Virus record (IMG/VR): IMGVR_UViG_3300014205_000176
Source of the DNA: a virus
Lineage: Duplodnaviria > Heunggongvirae > Uroviricota > Caudoviricetes
DNA length: 64,000 nucleotides
Strand: one strand, 5' to 3'
Both the position numbers and the translations under genes were made by a program. Positions 55,788-64,000 of this stretch are shown here, piece by piece. The notes under the pieces are model-generated. The model searched no databases and was not told where the DNA came from. It was given only the letters and a program-made list of their open reading frames with translations. Numbering within the stretch: the first letter of the stretch is position 1; each line of letters starts with the position of its first letter.

Positions 55788-57308
55788 ATGGTAAAAGTTA
55801 AAACTAATAAGCAGGCATCTTTTACTGATTATGAGGTTCCTGTTGGGTGGGTTGTCGAGCTTAATTTCTTTGACATGACTGGCGAAAAAGCTAAGACGTG
55901 CGGAACTTCAGCGAAGATGTATCACCTTGAGATCCAAGCATCGAAAGACGGCACACAATACCAGCTCTATTCGGAGTATGGCCCAACTGGAAAAGTTGCG
56001 GCTTGTGATTGGCGTTACTTTGGGGAAGATAAAAGTTCTGCAGAGGCCGAGTTCAATTCAATTAAGAAATCAAAGATTCGCAAAGGCTATGTTGAAATCG
56101 ATGTAGCTCAGCGCACCCTTGGTAGTGATGAGGCTAAGAAGCAAGTCAAGGCTGTTACACTAAAGAATGCCGAAGCACTTCCAACTGCGCCGAAGTCTAC
56201 CATGACCACGGCACAGCAATCCATCGTATTCCTGTTCTTCAATGCACAGGATACTTGGGTTGCCCAGAACCTCAAATGTCCACTAGGTCAGTTGACAAAC
56301 AACCAGATTGATCTCGGCCGTGCTGCTTTGAATGAAGCCAAGGTAATCATCAATAAAAATTCAACCTTGTCGGATGAAGCTCTCAAAGAACTCACCAGGC
56401 TTACAAACAGCTTCTATGGGCTCATCCCTCACAACCTAGGGTCTGGTGCTCGTGGTCAGATGTTGGAGCTTCGCCTCGATACCCTAGACAAGATCGTAGC
56501 CAAGGAAACTGACTTGGATACGCTACTCGATGCCAAGCAGGTCAACGCAGTCCTCAAGGCAGACTCCACGCTGGATGACAAGTACCGTTCGCTCAACTGC
56601 GATTTCGGCGAGGTGGAGCAGGGCACCGACCTCTGGAAGTTCCTGGTCAGCTACTTCGCGGAATCCAAGGTCAATGGCCACGGCTACCACTCCAGCAGGG
56701 TCACCCGCATCTGGTCAATGAAGCGCAAGGACAGCAAGGAAGCTGCCTTCATGCGCAATATGGAAGGTATTGCGAAGCAGGCGGGTAGTCATACGTTCGC
56801 CGCTGACACTGCTGATATCAGTGGAGGCAAGAGCAAGCTGTGGACACCTGACCAGCGCCCCGATCTTAACAAAGAAGAAAGGGATTTGTACAAGCGGGCA
56901 AATGTTTGGCTTTGCTGGCACGGCACTCGTTCAGCAAACTTGGTAGGTATCACTCGCCGTGGTTTGCTAATTCGTCCTGCTGGTGCGGCGTATACTGGAA
57001 GTCTCTTTGGTGACGGAAAATATTTCGCGTGGCAATCGACGAAATCGCTAAATTACAGTGACGGTGGATATTGGACTGGTGGTGGTAAGGTAGATAAACG
57101 TTATATGTTCTTGCTAGATTGTGCATTCGGTAAGATGCACCATACGTGGAGTAACCAGTTTTTTAGCGGCCCACCCAAGGGACATCATAGCGTTTATGGT
57201 CGTTCGGGTCGTGGTAGTTCATTGCGTAACGATGAGATGATCACGTACGACAGGGACGACAAGGATAACCAAAGTGGCATTCGCTACCTATTTGAGATTA
57301 CTGGGTAA
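55788..57308 (+). CDS. PARP-like ADP-ribosyltransferase (WGR-like + regulatory helical + catalytic domains)
   Basis: EYGPTG (WGR-like); PLGQLTNNQI...LTNSFYGLIPH (PARP_reg); WHGTR, LFGDGKYFA, KSLNY, NDEMITYD (H-Y-E triad). Confidence 0.9.
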   Translation: MVKVKTNKQASFTDYEVPVGWVVELNFFDMTGEKAKTCGTSAKMYHLEIQASKDGTQYQLYSEYGPTGKVAACDWRYFGEDKSSAEAEFNSIKKSKIRKGYVEIDVAQRTLGSDEAKKQVKAVTLKNAEALPTAPKSTMTTAQQSIVFLFFNAQDTWVAQNLKCPLGQLTNNQIDLGRAALNEAKVIINKNSTLSDEALKELTRLTNSFYGLIPHNLGSGARGQMLELRLDTLDKIVAKETDLDTLLDAKQVNAVLKADSTLDDKYRSLNCDFGEVEQGTDLWKFLVSYFAESKVNGHGYHSSRVTRIWSMKRKDSKEAAFMRNMEGIAKQAGSHTFAADTADISGGKSKLWTPDQRPDLNKEERDLYKRANVWLCWHGTRSANLVGITRRGLLIRPAGAAYTGSLFGDGKYFAWQSTKSLNYSDGGYWTGGGKVDKRYMFLLDCAFGKMHHTWSNQFFSGPPKGHHSVYGRSGRGSSLRNDEMITYDRDDKDNQSGIRYLFEITG

Positions 57309-57310
57309 TG

Positions 57311-58102
57311 TCACTTCCACTTATAGCTCAGACTTTTGACCAGAGGCTTCCCGATGAGGTCGTAGAAGTCATTGGCCTGAGCTTGTGGAAGTTTGATTCG
57401 GTATCCTGTTCCATCTTTAATCTTCTCCAGTCCAAAACGCAATCCCCATTTGGCATTCATCTTTTCGCAGATCATTTCTTGATTGCTGGGAGAGAAACAT
57501 TGAGACGACAGCGTAATGACTATCTGTCTAGTTTTACGCTTTCGTTCGTACGAAGATCCATCGTCTAAGAACCAGTGATGCAGCATGGTTGGTGTTGGAG
57601 TCAACGTATCTGGGATTACTTTGATGCCATCCTTGTACCACTCGGAATATGTAGAGCTTAGTTTACTTGTGGCGAATGTAGAGAACTTAAAATAAGAGAA
57701 GCTTTTTCCATTCAGATACGATGTATCAGTTTTAATTCTACTCTTCCAATCTCCGGAGAACAACTTGCTAGCAACCAATGATACATGGTCGTAATACTTG
57801 TTCTTCTTGTAGAAGTATGGAACAGTTAGAATCGAATCATTCGATCTTCTAAGCCCAGCATCACCAAGCAAAGAACCAAAGACAATATCGGTGTCAAAGA
57901 CAAATGAATCATCATTTCCAAGGACTTGTGCTTCACTTCTGTTCCGTATAGGAATCCCGAAGTGTATCAATGCTTGTCTTACCGAGTTGCCTGTGGCGGC
58001 TCCAATTTCTTCAGAGATTTGCTTTGCCGATTTTCCAAGTGTAATATATTGGTTTGTCAGCCAATCAAGGTCGTTGAGTTGAGTGTACTTTCTAGATGTC
58101 AT
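57311..58102 (-). CDS. free-standing LAGLIDADG homing endonuclease with N-terminal HTH
   Basis: FGSLLGDAG and HWFLDDGS motifs; AT-rich and antisense to its neighbours. Confidence 0.85.
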   Translation of the reverse strand: MTSRKYTQLNDLDWLTNQYITLGKSAKQISEEIGAATGNSVRQALIHFGIPIRNRSEAQVLGNDDSFVFDTDIVFGSLLGDAGLRRSNDSILTVPYFYKKNKYYDHVSLVASKLFSGDWKSRIKTDTSYLNGKSFSYFKFSTFATSKLSSTYSEWYKDGIKVIPDTLTPTPTMLHHWFLDDGSSYERKRKTRQIVITLSSQCFSPSNQEMICEKMNAKWGLRFGLEKIKDGTGYRIKLPQAQANDFYDLIGKPLVKSLSYKWK

Positions 58103-58141
58103 ACATCAATGGAACTATATTGATAGATGGGATGTACTAAT

Positions 58142-58390
58142 ATGAAACTACGACAGCACCGTGGTGGTCTTGCCGAATCGATGGCCACCACGATTGAGAT
58201 CGAGCCAACAATGGAGGCGCTTCTTGTAGCAATCAGGGAGCGCTACAAGGGATTGATGGATGTGGCTGACGATGCTGTGAGTGTGAATCCTCACGGTCAT
58301 CATGATAAGCGAAATAATTGGAACACTCATATCGTTGTTATCCAGGGCTTTGGGGTCTATGGTTTTACGGATGGGCCATTATCATGCTAA
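58142..58390 (+). CDS. conserved phage hypothetical protein
   Basis: RQHRGGLAESMAT...DKRNNWNTHIV...GFTDGP. Confidence 0.75.
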   Translation: MKLRQHRGGLAESMATTIEIEPTMEALLVAIRERYKGLMDVADDAVSVNPHGHHDKRNNWNTHIVVIQGFGVYGFTDGPLSC

Positions 58391-58653
58391 GCGAATACCA
58401 ACAAAAAGATCTAGAAATCATCCTTCTGGTCAGTGAATGGCCATCTATAATCTTTGCCATGGTCAAGAGGAGTTGTGAGGCTGGGGAGATGCCTCAATGC
58501 GCCTTCTTGGTAAAGGGGCATGGGCCAAAGCTATACCACAAGAACATGTTCGCACTTGAAAGTGGTTTGCTATCTCCGCAGTTGGATGGAATTCCCACCA
58601 CGGAATTCGAGAGTTTCGAGGCTATGTTGGAAGCGGGTTGGGAAGCTGATTAA
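58384..58653 (+). CDS. hypothetical protein
   Basis: Ends FESFEAMLEAGWEAD. Confidence 0.7.
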   Translation: MLSEYQQKDLEIILLVSEWPSIIFAMVKRSCEAGEMPQCAFLVKGHGPKLYHKNMFALESGLLSPQLDGIPTTEFESFEAMLEAGWEAD

Positions 58654-58673
58654 TTCTGGTTGAAAGGATATCT

Positions 58674-58970
58674 ATGAAACAAGCAGTAGTTCTAGTAATC
58701 TTCGAAGGTGTTCCAGACGAGAATAAGGTTGCCCTTATCCCCTCTGCCGAACTGAGTCCAGAGCTTCGGGGAGCGTTCGATCTCCTGGATGGCAAGATGG
58801 TCAATGGCGACTTTGATCTAAGTGCAGAAGTCAACCGAAAGGCTTGCGGCCTTATGTGTGAAGAGATCTACAACGGGCCTATAGCCAAGTACTTCGTCGA
58901 GCGCGGTACCACCTTGCCAGAGCGTGACATCCAGGTCGAACGCATCTACCGCCTTGGGCAGTATCTTTAA
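58674..58970 (+). CDS. hypothetical protein
   Basis: AAGGA RBS. Confidence 0.75.
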   Translation: MKQAVVLVIFEGVPDENKVALIPSAELSPELRGAFDLLDGKMVNGDFDLSAEVNRKACGLMCEEIYNGPIAKYFVERGTTLPERDIQVERIYRLGQYL

Positions 58971-59205
58971 GGCCTGGTATTGTAGTGGCTTATCACTACA
59001 TCGAACCTGGCTATAGCTTAATTGAAATTGGCTATATCTATGCATCAAATCTTGGGTCATATGCCACGAAGGCAAAACTCAAGAGAGTCAACCATGCGAC
59101 AGGGACCTGCGTCCTAACTTACGAGTTCGGTGGAGGCACCCTCTACCTTTCAATAGCTCGGCTATCAAACTGGCATCGAATAGGAAAGCCACCGGAGTAA
59201 AAGTT

Positions 59206-59940
59206 ATGGAACTAACACCATCTCACATTGATGCAATCATCATGCACGTGCGGTTTGCAGAAGGGGATTTGATGGGATGTTTTCTAGTCTCTTCTCCGCC
59301 AGTTGCCAATCTTGGTGGCGCTATTGGTCGTTTGGAAGCTGCTCTATTGATTGCTAGGGAGTGTTATGCGGAGGCAAAAGCATTGAGTACGGAGCAGATT
59401 TCGCACCGTCCTAGCCGCCTGCTAAACCCCTGTCGCGCCTCGAAGGAGCATGTAGCGGGGTGGTTGCAAGGTTCTAGTCGAGATAAAGAGACGCCTGCAA
59501 TAATGAAGAGCCTTGATACCATTGTCAAAGAATATGGTATCAAATATGTTTTTGTTGAGAGCGGTAGGTCGTCTGTTGAGCAGAAGTGTATTGAGTTAGC
59601 AATCAATCCTAACGACTATCCTGATGCGAAGTTTTGGTGTGAATTATCTTGGGGGTCTGGTGATGGCGATAAATATGACTTCGCCTACAACTCTATCGGC
59701 GATACTCTTGGAGAGGCAATTCAGAATTGTCTTGACGATTTTCAATCGGCTGTGAGATGCCAATATCCAGACCAAGTGAATGCGGCAAAGGATGCTGGTA
59801 TCTATTCAAAACTGATCGGTGAAGAGCCTGAGGAATCGCCTGATAGTGATGAGATAGCTGCCGCAGAAGCTGCCGATGACCTAGTGGCGTTATCAAACTC
59901 TGTGGCCAAGCTTGGTGCATATTCACCTGACGAAACATGA
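59206..59940 (+). CDS. hypothetical protein (244 aa)
   Basis: GGAG RBS. Confidence 0.7.
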   Translation: MELTPSHIDAIIMHVRFAEGDLMGCFLVSSPPVANLGGAIGRLEAALLIARECYAEAKALSTEQISHRPSRLLNPCRASKEHVAGWLQGSSRDKETPAIMKSLDTIVKEYGIKYVFVESGRSSVEQKCIELAINPNDYPDAKFWCELSWGSGDGDKYDFAYNSIGDTLGEAIQNCLDDFQSAVRCQYPDQVNAAKDAGIYSKLIGEEPEESPDSDEIAAAEAADDLVALSNSVAKLGAYSPDET

Positions 59941-60314
59941 ACCGGCATATCAGTTCAGAAACGTTGCAAGACTTCTTCAATACACTTGGAGAGTCCGAGG
60001 CTGTAGATTCTATGACGCAACAGAAGATTGAGTTCACCATCCAAAAAGGTTCTCGTGTTCGAGCTGAGTGGTTTGAGGTAGACCTCTTCAAGGCGTCACT
60101 AGCTGGCGTGCAGCTCAAGACAACCGGCAGACCCAAAGAGATTACCGGCACGATACGCCACATGAGAACCAATGATCCGAATTGGGCACCAGAGAACGTG
60201 GTGCTGTTCGTTGAGCTAGATGAGGATGATGGAACCGGACAGCACTGCGACAAATGCGGGGTGAAGGAAATCCAAATCAAACCTAGCTGGATTAGAGAGG
60301 TGATAGCATTATGA
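59937..60314 (+). CDS. hypothetical protein
   Basis: ATGA overlap. Confidence 0.7.
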   Translation: MNRHISSETLQDFFNTLGESEAVDSMTQQKIEFTIQKGSRVRAEWFEVDLFKASLAGVQLKTTGRPKEITGTIRHMRTNDPNWAPENVVLFVELDEDDGTGQHCDKCGVKEIQIKPSWIREVIAL

Positions 60315-60691
60315 ACACAATATACAAATTCCTGTATTGGTTTTGTGGAGTTGTACTGGGTAACCCAATCTACATCTGCAAGCTATACATTTTGGAGCTG
60401 AAAGAATATGAACTAAAACTTGAGAAGTGTCGCTCTCAACTGACGGCTGCACATACCACACTCAAACCATATTCAGATTACCTCTCTTTGAAATGCGGAT
60501 CTGTGAGGGTGGTTGTGTTTCATATGGAAGAAGTACTAACGCGCATAAGCATTCATGCTAGAGGTATTCGTTGTGATATATCAGAAACGGAAACAGCGAT
60601 AGCTATGTTGATCAAGGCAGGTCACAGCCTCAACCACGAGACTGCCATGAAAGAGGTATATCGTTTGCGGAAAAGCAAAGGACTTATATGA
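60311..60691 (+). CDS. hypothetical protein
   Basis: ATGA overlap. Confidence 0.65.
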   Translation: MNTIYKFLYWFCGVVLGNPIYICKLYILELKEYELKLEKCRSQLTAAHTTLKPYSDYLSLKCGSVRVVVFHMEEVLTRISIHARGIRCDISETETAIAMLIKAGHSLNHETAMKEVYRLRKSKGLI

Positions 60692-60978
60692 GCACGAATG
60701 ATGATGCTATGGACAAGGCAATAGTTGCCGCTGCTGAAGCTGCTGTTGATGACTGGGAGCGTGGGCTCAAGGCACGAGAAAATGGTGACGTTCTAGCGGT
60801 GCGCAATATCCAGCGAGTACAGCAAGCGGTTAATTCGAAGCGAGATGCGCTTAGCCTAACCGAATTGGTAAGACTGCTTAACCGAACTATCGATACGGCA
60901 GCAAGTCTCGACGCTATAACGGATGAAGAGATTGTGATCCTTCGAGCTTTCGTTGGGACTATCCACAGCAGGGGGTGA
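60688..60978 (+). CDS. hypothetical protein
   Basis: ATGA overlap. Confidence 0.7.
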   Translation: MSTNDDAMDKAIVAAAEAAVDDWERGLKARENGDVLAVRNIQRVQQAVNSKRDALSLTELVRLLNRTIDTAASLDAITDEEIVILRAFVGTIHSRG

Positions 60979-60981
60979 GGT

Positions 60982-61305
60982 ATGTTTTCATGTCCAGCGA
61001 AAGCTCCCATAACACTACGCAGCGAGACTAGCAAAGAGCACACGATGATACCTGGCTCGGAGAAGTATTCGTTCTGCGAGTCAACGACAGCGATACGCAA
61101 CCATTGGCATATTCGCCAACTGGACGAGTCAGGTAAGCACTCTGGTGGCGGCATCACTACCCCTTCACTCTGCGGCATGGTCAAGCCACTACCTGAGGGG
61201 ATGGGCGGATGGGATGTGACAGTGGACATCACGCCGCACCATGTAGAGCACAACTGTCAGAAGTGCTGGGAGCAGTTGCAGGTAGAGCTTTCGAAAGGTT
61301 CTTAA
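60982..61305 (+). CDS. Cys/His-rich hypothetical protein
   Basis: WHIR...LCG...WD...CQKC. Confidence 0.7.
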   Translation: MFSCPAKAPITLRSETSKEHTMIPGSEKYSFCESTTAIRNHWHIRQLDESGKHSGGGITTPSLCGMVKPLPEGMGGWDVTVDITPHHVEHNCQKCWEQLQVELSKGS

Positions 61306-61306
61306 C

Positions 61307-61606
61307 ATGCATATTGATCTTGACAAGTATACCTGGAAGATATTGCCCGGAAGAAAGGTGTGCCATGCCGTTCATAGGTATAATTTCGAAACTGCCTTGC
61401 ATGGCATTTGTGGCCAAACCAACAGCTATAAACATACTGTTCTACTAGATCCGTTCAAGGATACTAGGAAATGTGAGCATTGTTTGATAGCGATTGTCTA
61501 TCGCGAAATTGGGTACAACAAAATATATTGGAGAGAGTTCTTGGAAGAAAACCCTGAGTATGGACCTCCATCTTGGAGAGATCACTCCGTTGGTATAGCT
61601 GTATGA
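61307..61606 (+). CDS. Cys/His-rich hypothetical protein
   Basis: CHAVH...ICG...CEHC. Confidence 0.65.
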   Translation: MHIDLDKYTWKILPGRKVCHAVHRYNFETALHGICGQTNSYKHTVLLDPFKDTRKCEHCLIAIVYREIGYNKIYWREFLEENPEYGPPSWRDHSVGIAV

Positions 61607-62550
61607 AACTTGAAGATATCGGATTTTTAGAGGTCGTTGAGGAGCGGGCAAAAAGGATTGAGCCTGGGAAGATTTCGTATTGCGAATGGATCATCACATC
61701 CAATTGCAACTTCAACTGTCCCTATTGCAATCGCCTTGAGCCAAGAAACACAAAGGACTTAACCCTAGATCAAATCCGATCCTATACAGAAATTCTAGCT
61801 GGTATGGGTTGCAAGTATATTCACCTTACAGGTGGTGATCCTACTACTCGCCCAGACCTTCTAGACATTGTGCGGTTGATTAGGAGCTTCGGCATCAGGG
61901 TCGGAATATCAACCAATGGATCTCGAAGGCTAACTTACTATGAGGAATTGGTCGAGGCAGGTATTGAACTGTTCTCCCTCTCACTAGATGTTCACCAGCG
62001 AGATCTGAATAACAAGTTCACAATGGTACCTTCGCGTGTCTTTGATGTGGTAGTCTCAAACATTCGAGAACTATCAAAAATGGTATACACGAATGTTGGC
62101 GTCGTATTCAACGATGACAATGCGGATAAGTACCGAGAGATCATTGAATTCATATCCGGTTTGGGGGCTCATGATATCCGAATCATGACAGCTACAAAGT
62201 ACAACAAGATTCTAGCTTTTGAGCTGGATAGCGACTTGCTGGACAAGCATCCCATTTTGAAGTTTAGGGTTGAGAACTTCAATGCCGGCAGGAACATGAG
62301 GGGTTCTGGACTAGCCCAAACGCCAAGGTGTCATTTGGTTAGGGATGACATCACGATCTTTGGAGAGGACTTTTATTCTTGCGCCGTATACGTTCGCGAG
62401 GGAGGTTCTCCAATAGGCAAGTTTGGTACTGGTAACATTGAACTTCGAGAAGCGTGGTTTGATAGTCACAACTCTCATCGTGATGAGTTGTGCAGTACAT
62501 ATTGCATGGACTTCAAATGTCAATTCAATGACAGAGTAGAGGCGGTCTAA
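61603..62550 (+). CDS. radical SAM protein
   Basis: CNFNCPYC (CxxxCxxC), LTGGDPT, STNGS. Confidence 0.9.
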   Translation: MKLEDIGFLEVVEERAKRIEPGKISYCEWIITSNCNFNCPYCNRLEPRNTKDLTLDQIRSYTEILAGMGCKYIHLTGGDPTTRPDLLDIVRLIRSFGIRVGISTNGSRRLTYYEELVEAGIELFSLSLDVHQRDLNNKFTMVPSRVFDVVVSNIRELSKMVYTNVGVVFNDDNADKYREIIEFISGLGAHDIRIMTATKYNKILAFELDSDLLDKHPILKFRVENFNAGRNMRGSGLAQTPRCHLVRDDITIFGEDFYSCAVYVREGGSPIGKFGTGNIELREAWFDSHNSHRDELCSTYCMDFKCQFNDRVEAV

Positions 62551-62819
62551 TGGCAACTCGCAAGAAGGTTCCAACTTCAACCAATCCAAATCCCCCTCCG
62601 CCCAAAGTAGGGACAGTGATCAAAGGACGCAGCGACATAGCACCATGTGAAGTGCGCGCTGTTGTAGATCATGTTAAGGACGATATGTACGGCCACTTGT
62701 ATCAATTGGTTGTTAGGTCGCAAAGTATAAAGCATCCTGGTTCGTACAGCTATTCGTTGGTTGATGCTCATGCTATTGGCCTTGGTCTTTATGTTGTTGT
62801 GAAAGGTAGCGTCAAATGA
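62550..62819 (+). CDS. hypothetical protein
   Basis: TAATG overlap. Confidence 0.65.
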   Translation: MATRKKVPTSTNPNPPPPKVGTVIKGRSDIAPCEVRAVVDHVKDDMYGHLYQLVVRSQSIKHPGSYSYSLVDAHAIGLGLYVVVKGSVK

Positions 62820-63946
62820 TTCTTTTCCCAAGTCATCCGTCATTCCCCAGGCAACCCGATCCTTCTTTCGAAGAAGAAATTGAGGCTGCTAAAGCCGCGG
62901 GTTTCAAGATTGGATTGGTGGATGTTGATCAAAAGATCTTTGCCGGTAGCCAGATCCCATGCCTGTATCGCGGCTGGATTATGACACCAGATGGGTATAT
63001 CGATTTGTGGCATAAGGAACCTAAGTTGATTATAAATCCAGGCGAGTACGAGAACAGTTACAACTTTCCTGCCTGGTATAATCAAGTAAGGGCTTTTGAT
63101 AACTCTCTTACGCCTCGGTCTGTTAGTCACCAACTTTCACCAAACATACCAATCAGCGATATTTTCGATCAGCTTGAAGAGGACTCTTGGTATGAGGCAT
63201 TGACCGGTCCAGTAATAGTTAAGGATTGGGTAAAGAGTCGGAAACACGAATGGTTTGACGCTTGCTACATTAGCGACATTCGCGATAAAGCTGAGTTCAA
63301 GCGCGTCGTAACCAACTTCCTCAATGGGCAGGGTGATGACCTTGCCGGCGGCTTAGTGTTCCGAGAGTTCGTTAAGCTCAAGTCAATTGGAGTTCATCCC
63401 CAGAGCAAGATGCCTCTCACCAACGAGCATCGCTTCTTCGTGTTCAAGGGACGGATATTCTACTCGGCCCCTTACTGGGATAGGAGTTTCTACGGCACCT
63501 CAAACTTGCCAGACAAGAAGGTCATCATCGATCTGGTTCCGCACATCAAGAGCAACTTCTTTGCGATTGATGTTGCCGAGAAAGAGGATGGTGGATGGAT
63601 TGTGGTTGAGGTGAATGATGGAGGGACGGCTAGCGTTCCTGATGGCGGAAACATTGCTGAGTTCTATCTCAAATTGAGAGTTGTTTTAGCCATGACTAAA
63701 AAAGAAGAACGTGAGTTGACCGCCATCATACAGGATGCATGGAAACTACTAGAGCGTCCAGGGTGCGACTCGCAACAAATCCCTGATTACTTACACATCA
63801 AAAGCGGGAATGAGTACGAGATAACATCTGTGGCTCTTAGAGAATCTGACTTGATGCCTCTAGTGATCTATAGAAGGAAAGGTCATACCGTTCAATTCGC
63901 CCGATCTATATACGAGTTTCTGGAGAAGTTCAGATCCATGGGGTAA
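62816..63946 (+). CDS. ATP-grasp (R2K/DUF4343-like) protein with a C-terminal DUF1653-like extension
   Basis: YRGWIM, VKDWVKSRKHEW, EHRFFVF, FFAIDVAE...VVEVNDG; tail YLHIKSGNEYEI...LVIY. Confidence 0.8.
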   Translation: MILFPSHPSFPRQPDPSFEEEIEAAKAAGFKIGLVDVDQKIFAGSQIPCLYRGWIMTPDGYIDLWHKEPKLIINPGEYENSYNFPAWYNQVRAFDNSLTPRSVSHQLSPNIPISDIFDQLEEDSWYEALTGPVIVKDWVKSRKHEWFDACYISDIRDKAEFKRVVTNFLNGQGDDLAGGLVFREFVKLKSIGVHPQSKMPLTNEHRFFVFKGRIFYSAPYWDRSFYGTSNLPDKKVIIDLVPHIKSNFFAIDVAEKEDGGWIVVEVNDGGTASVPDGGNIAEFYLKLRVVLAMTKKEERELTAIIQDAWKLLERPGCDSQQIPDYLHIKSGNEYEITSVALRESDLMPLVIYRRKGHTVQFARSIYEFLEKFRSMG

Positions 63947-64000
63947 GGTTATGACAATTGCGCAAGTAAGGTCCGATACATTAGCAGACTTGCTAGCTGA

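Noticed and set aside
57308-58101. ATGTCA 6-mers at both ends of the LAGLIDADG gene as a target duplication
   Set aside because: Too short, and both copies coincide with the gene's own start and stop codons; likely chance.
1-64000. Genome-wide stop-codon reassignment suggested by the release factor
   Set aside because: Long genes are intact in code 11 and TAA, TAG and TGA all serve as real stops (e.g. ku ends TAG, gene 55374 ends TGA). Only two isolated in-frame stops were seen.

Overview
A 64-kb segment of a large (probably jumbo) dsDNA bacteriophage genome. It holds no capsid, tail, terminase or polymerase genes. Layout: the tail of a + strand block (1-277), a - strand block (~470-12,000), a strand-switch region (~12.05-12.65 kb), then an almost uninterrupted + strand block of small, mostly unknown early/accessory genes. 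Recognisable products: CoaD, a truncated class-I release factor, IF-1, a DUF2721 membrane protein, HNH and LAGLIDADG homing endonucleases, a SNF2/HARP-like helicase with a class-3 intein, Ku, an ATP-dependent DNA ligase, an FtsK-domain ATPase, a metallophosphoesterase, a macrodomain, a WGR-PARP, a radical SAM protein and an ATP-grasp protein. Standout observations: (1) the release-factor gene has an RF1-type PxT motif but needs a prfB-style +1 frameshift at SD-UGU-CUU-UGA-A; (2) a Ku, ligase, PARP and macrodomain break-repair/ADP-ribosylation set sits in a genome full of end-joining-like scars (a 230-bp inversion, templated 41-49-bp insertions, start-codon-spanning duplications around inserted genes, tandem duplications, deletions); (3) six hairpin + GGC(A/G)(T/G)TTAAGA cassettes head the early genes; (4) a ~280-nt structured ncRNA candidate has its own sigma70 promoter; (5) a CTTTGGTAA motif recurs 13 times. 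All family calls come from motif recognition by eye; no searches were run. Some rearrangements could be amplification or assembly artefacts.
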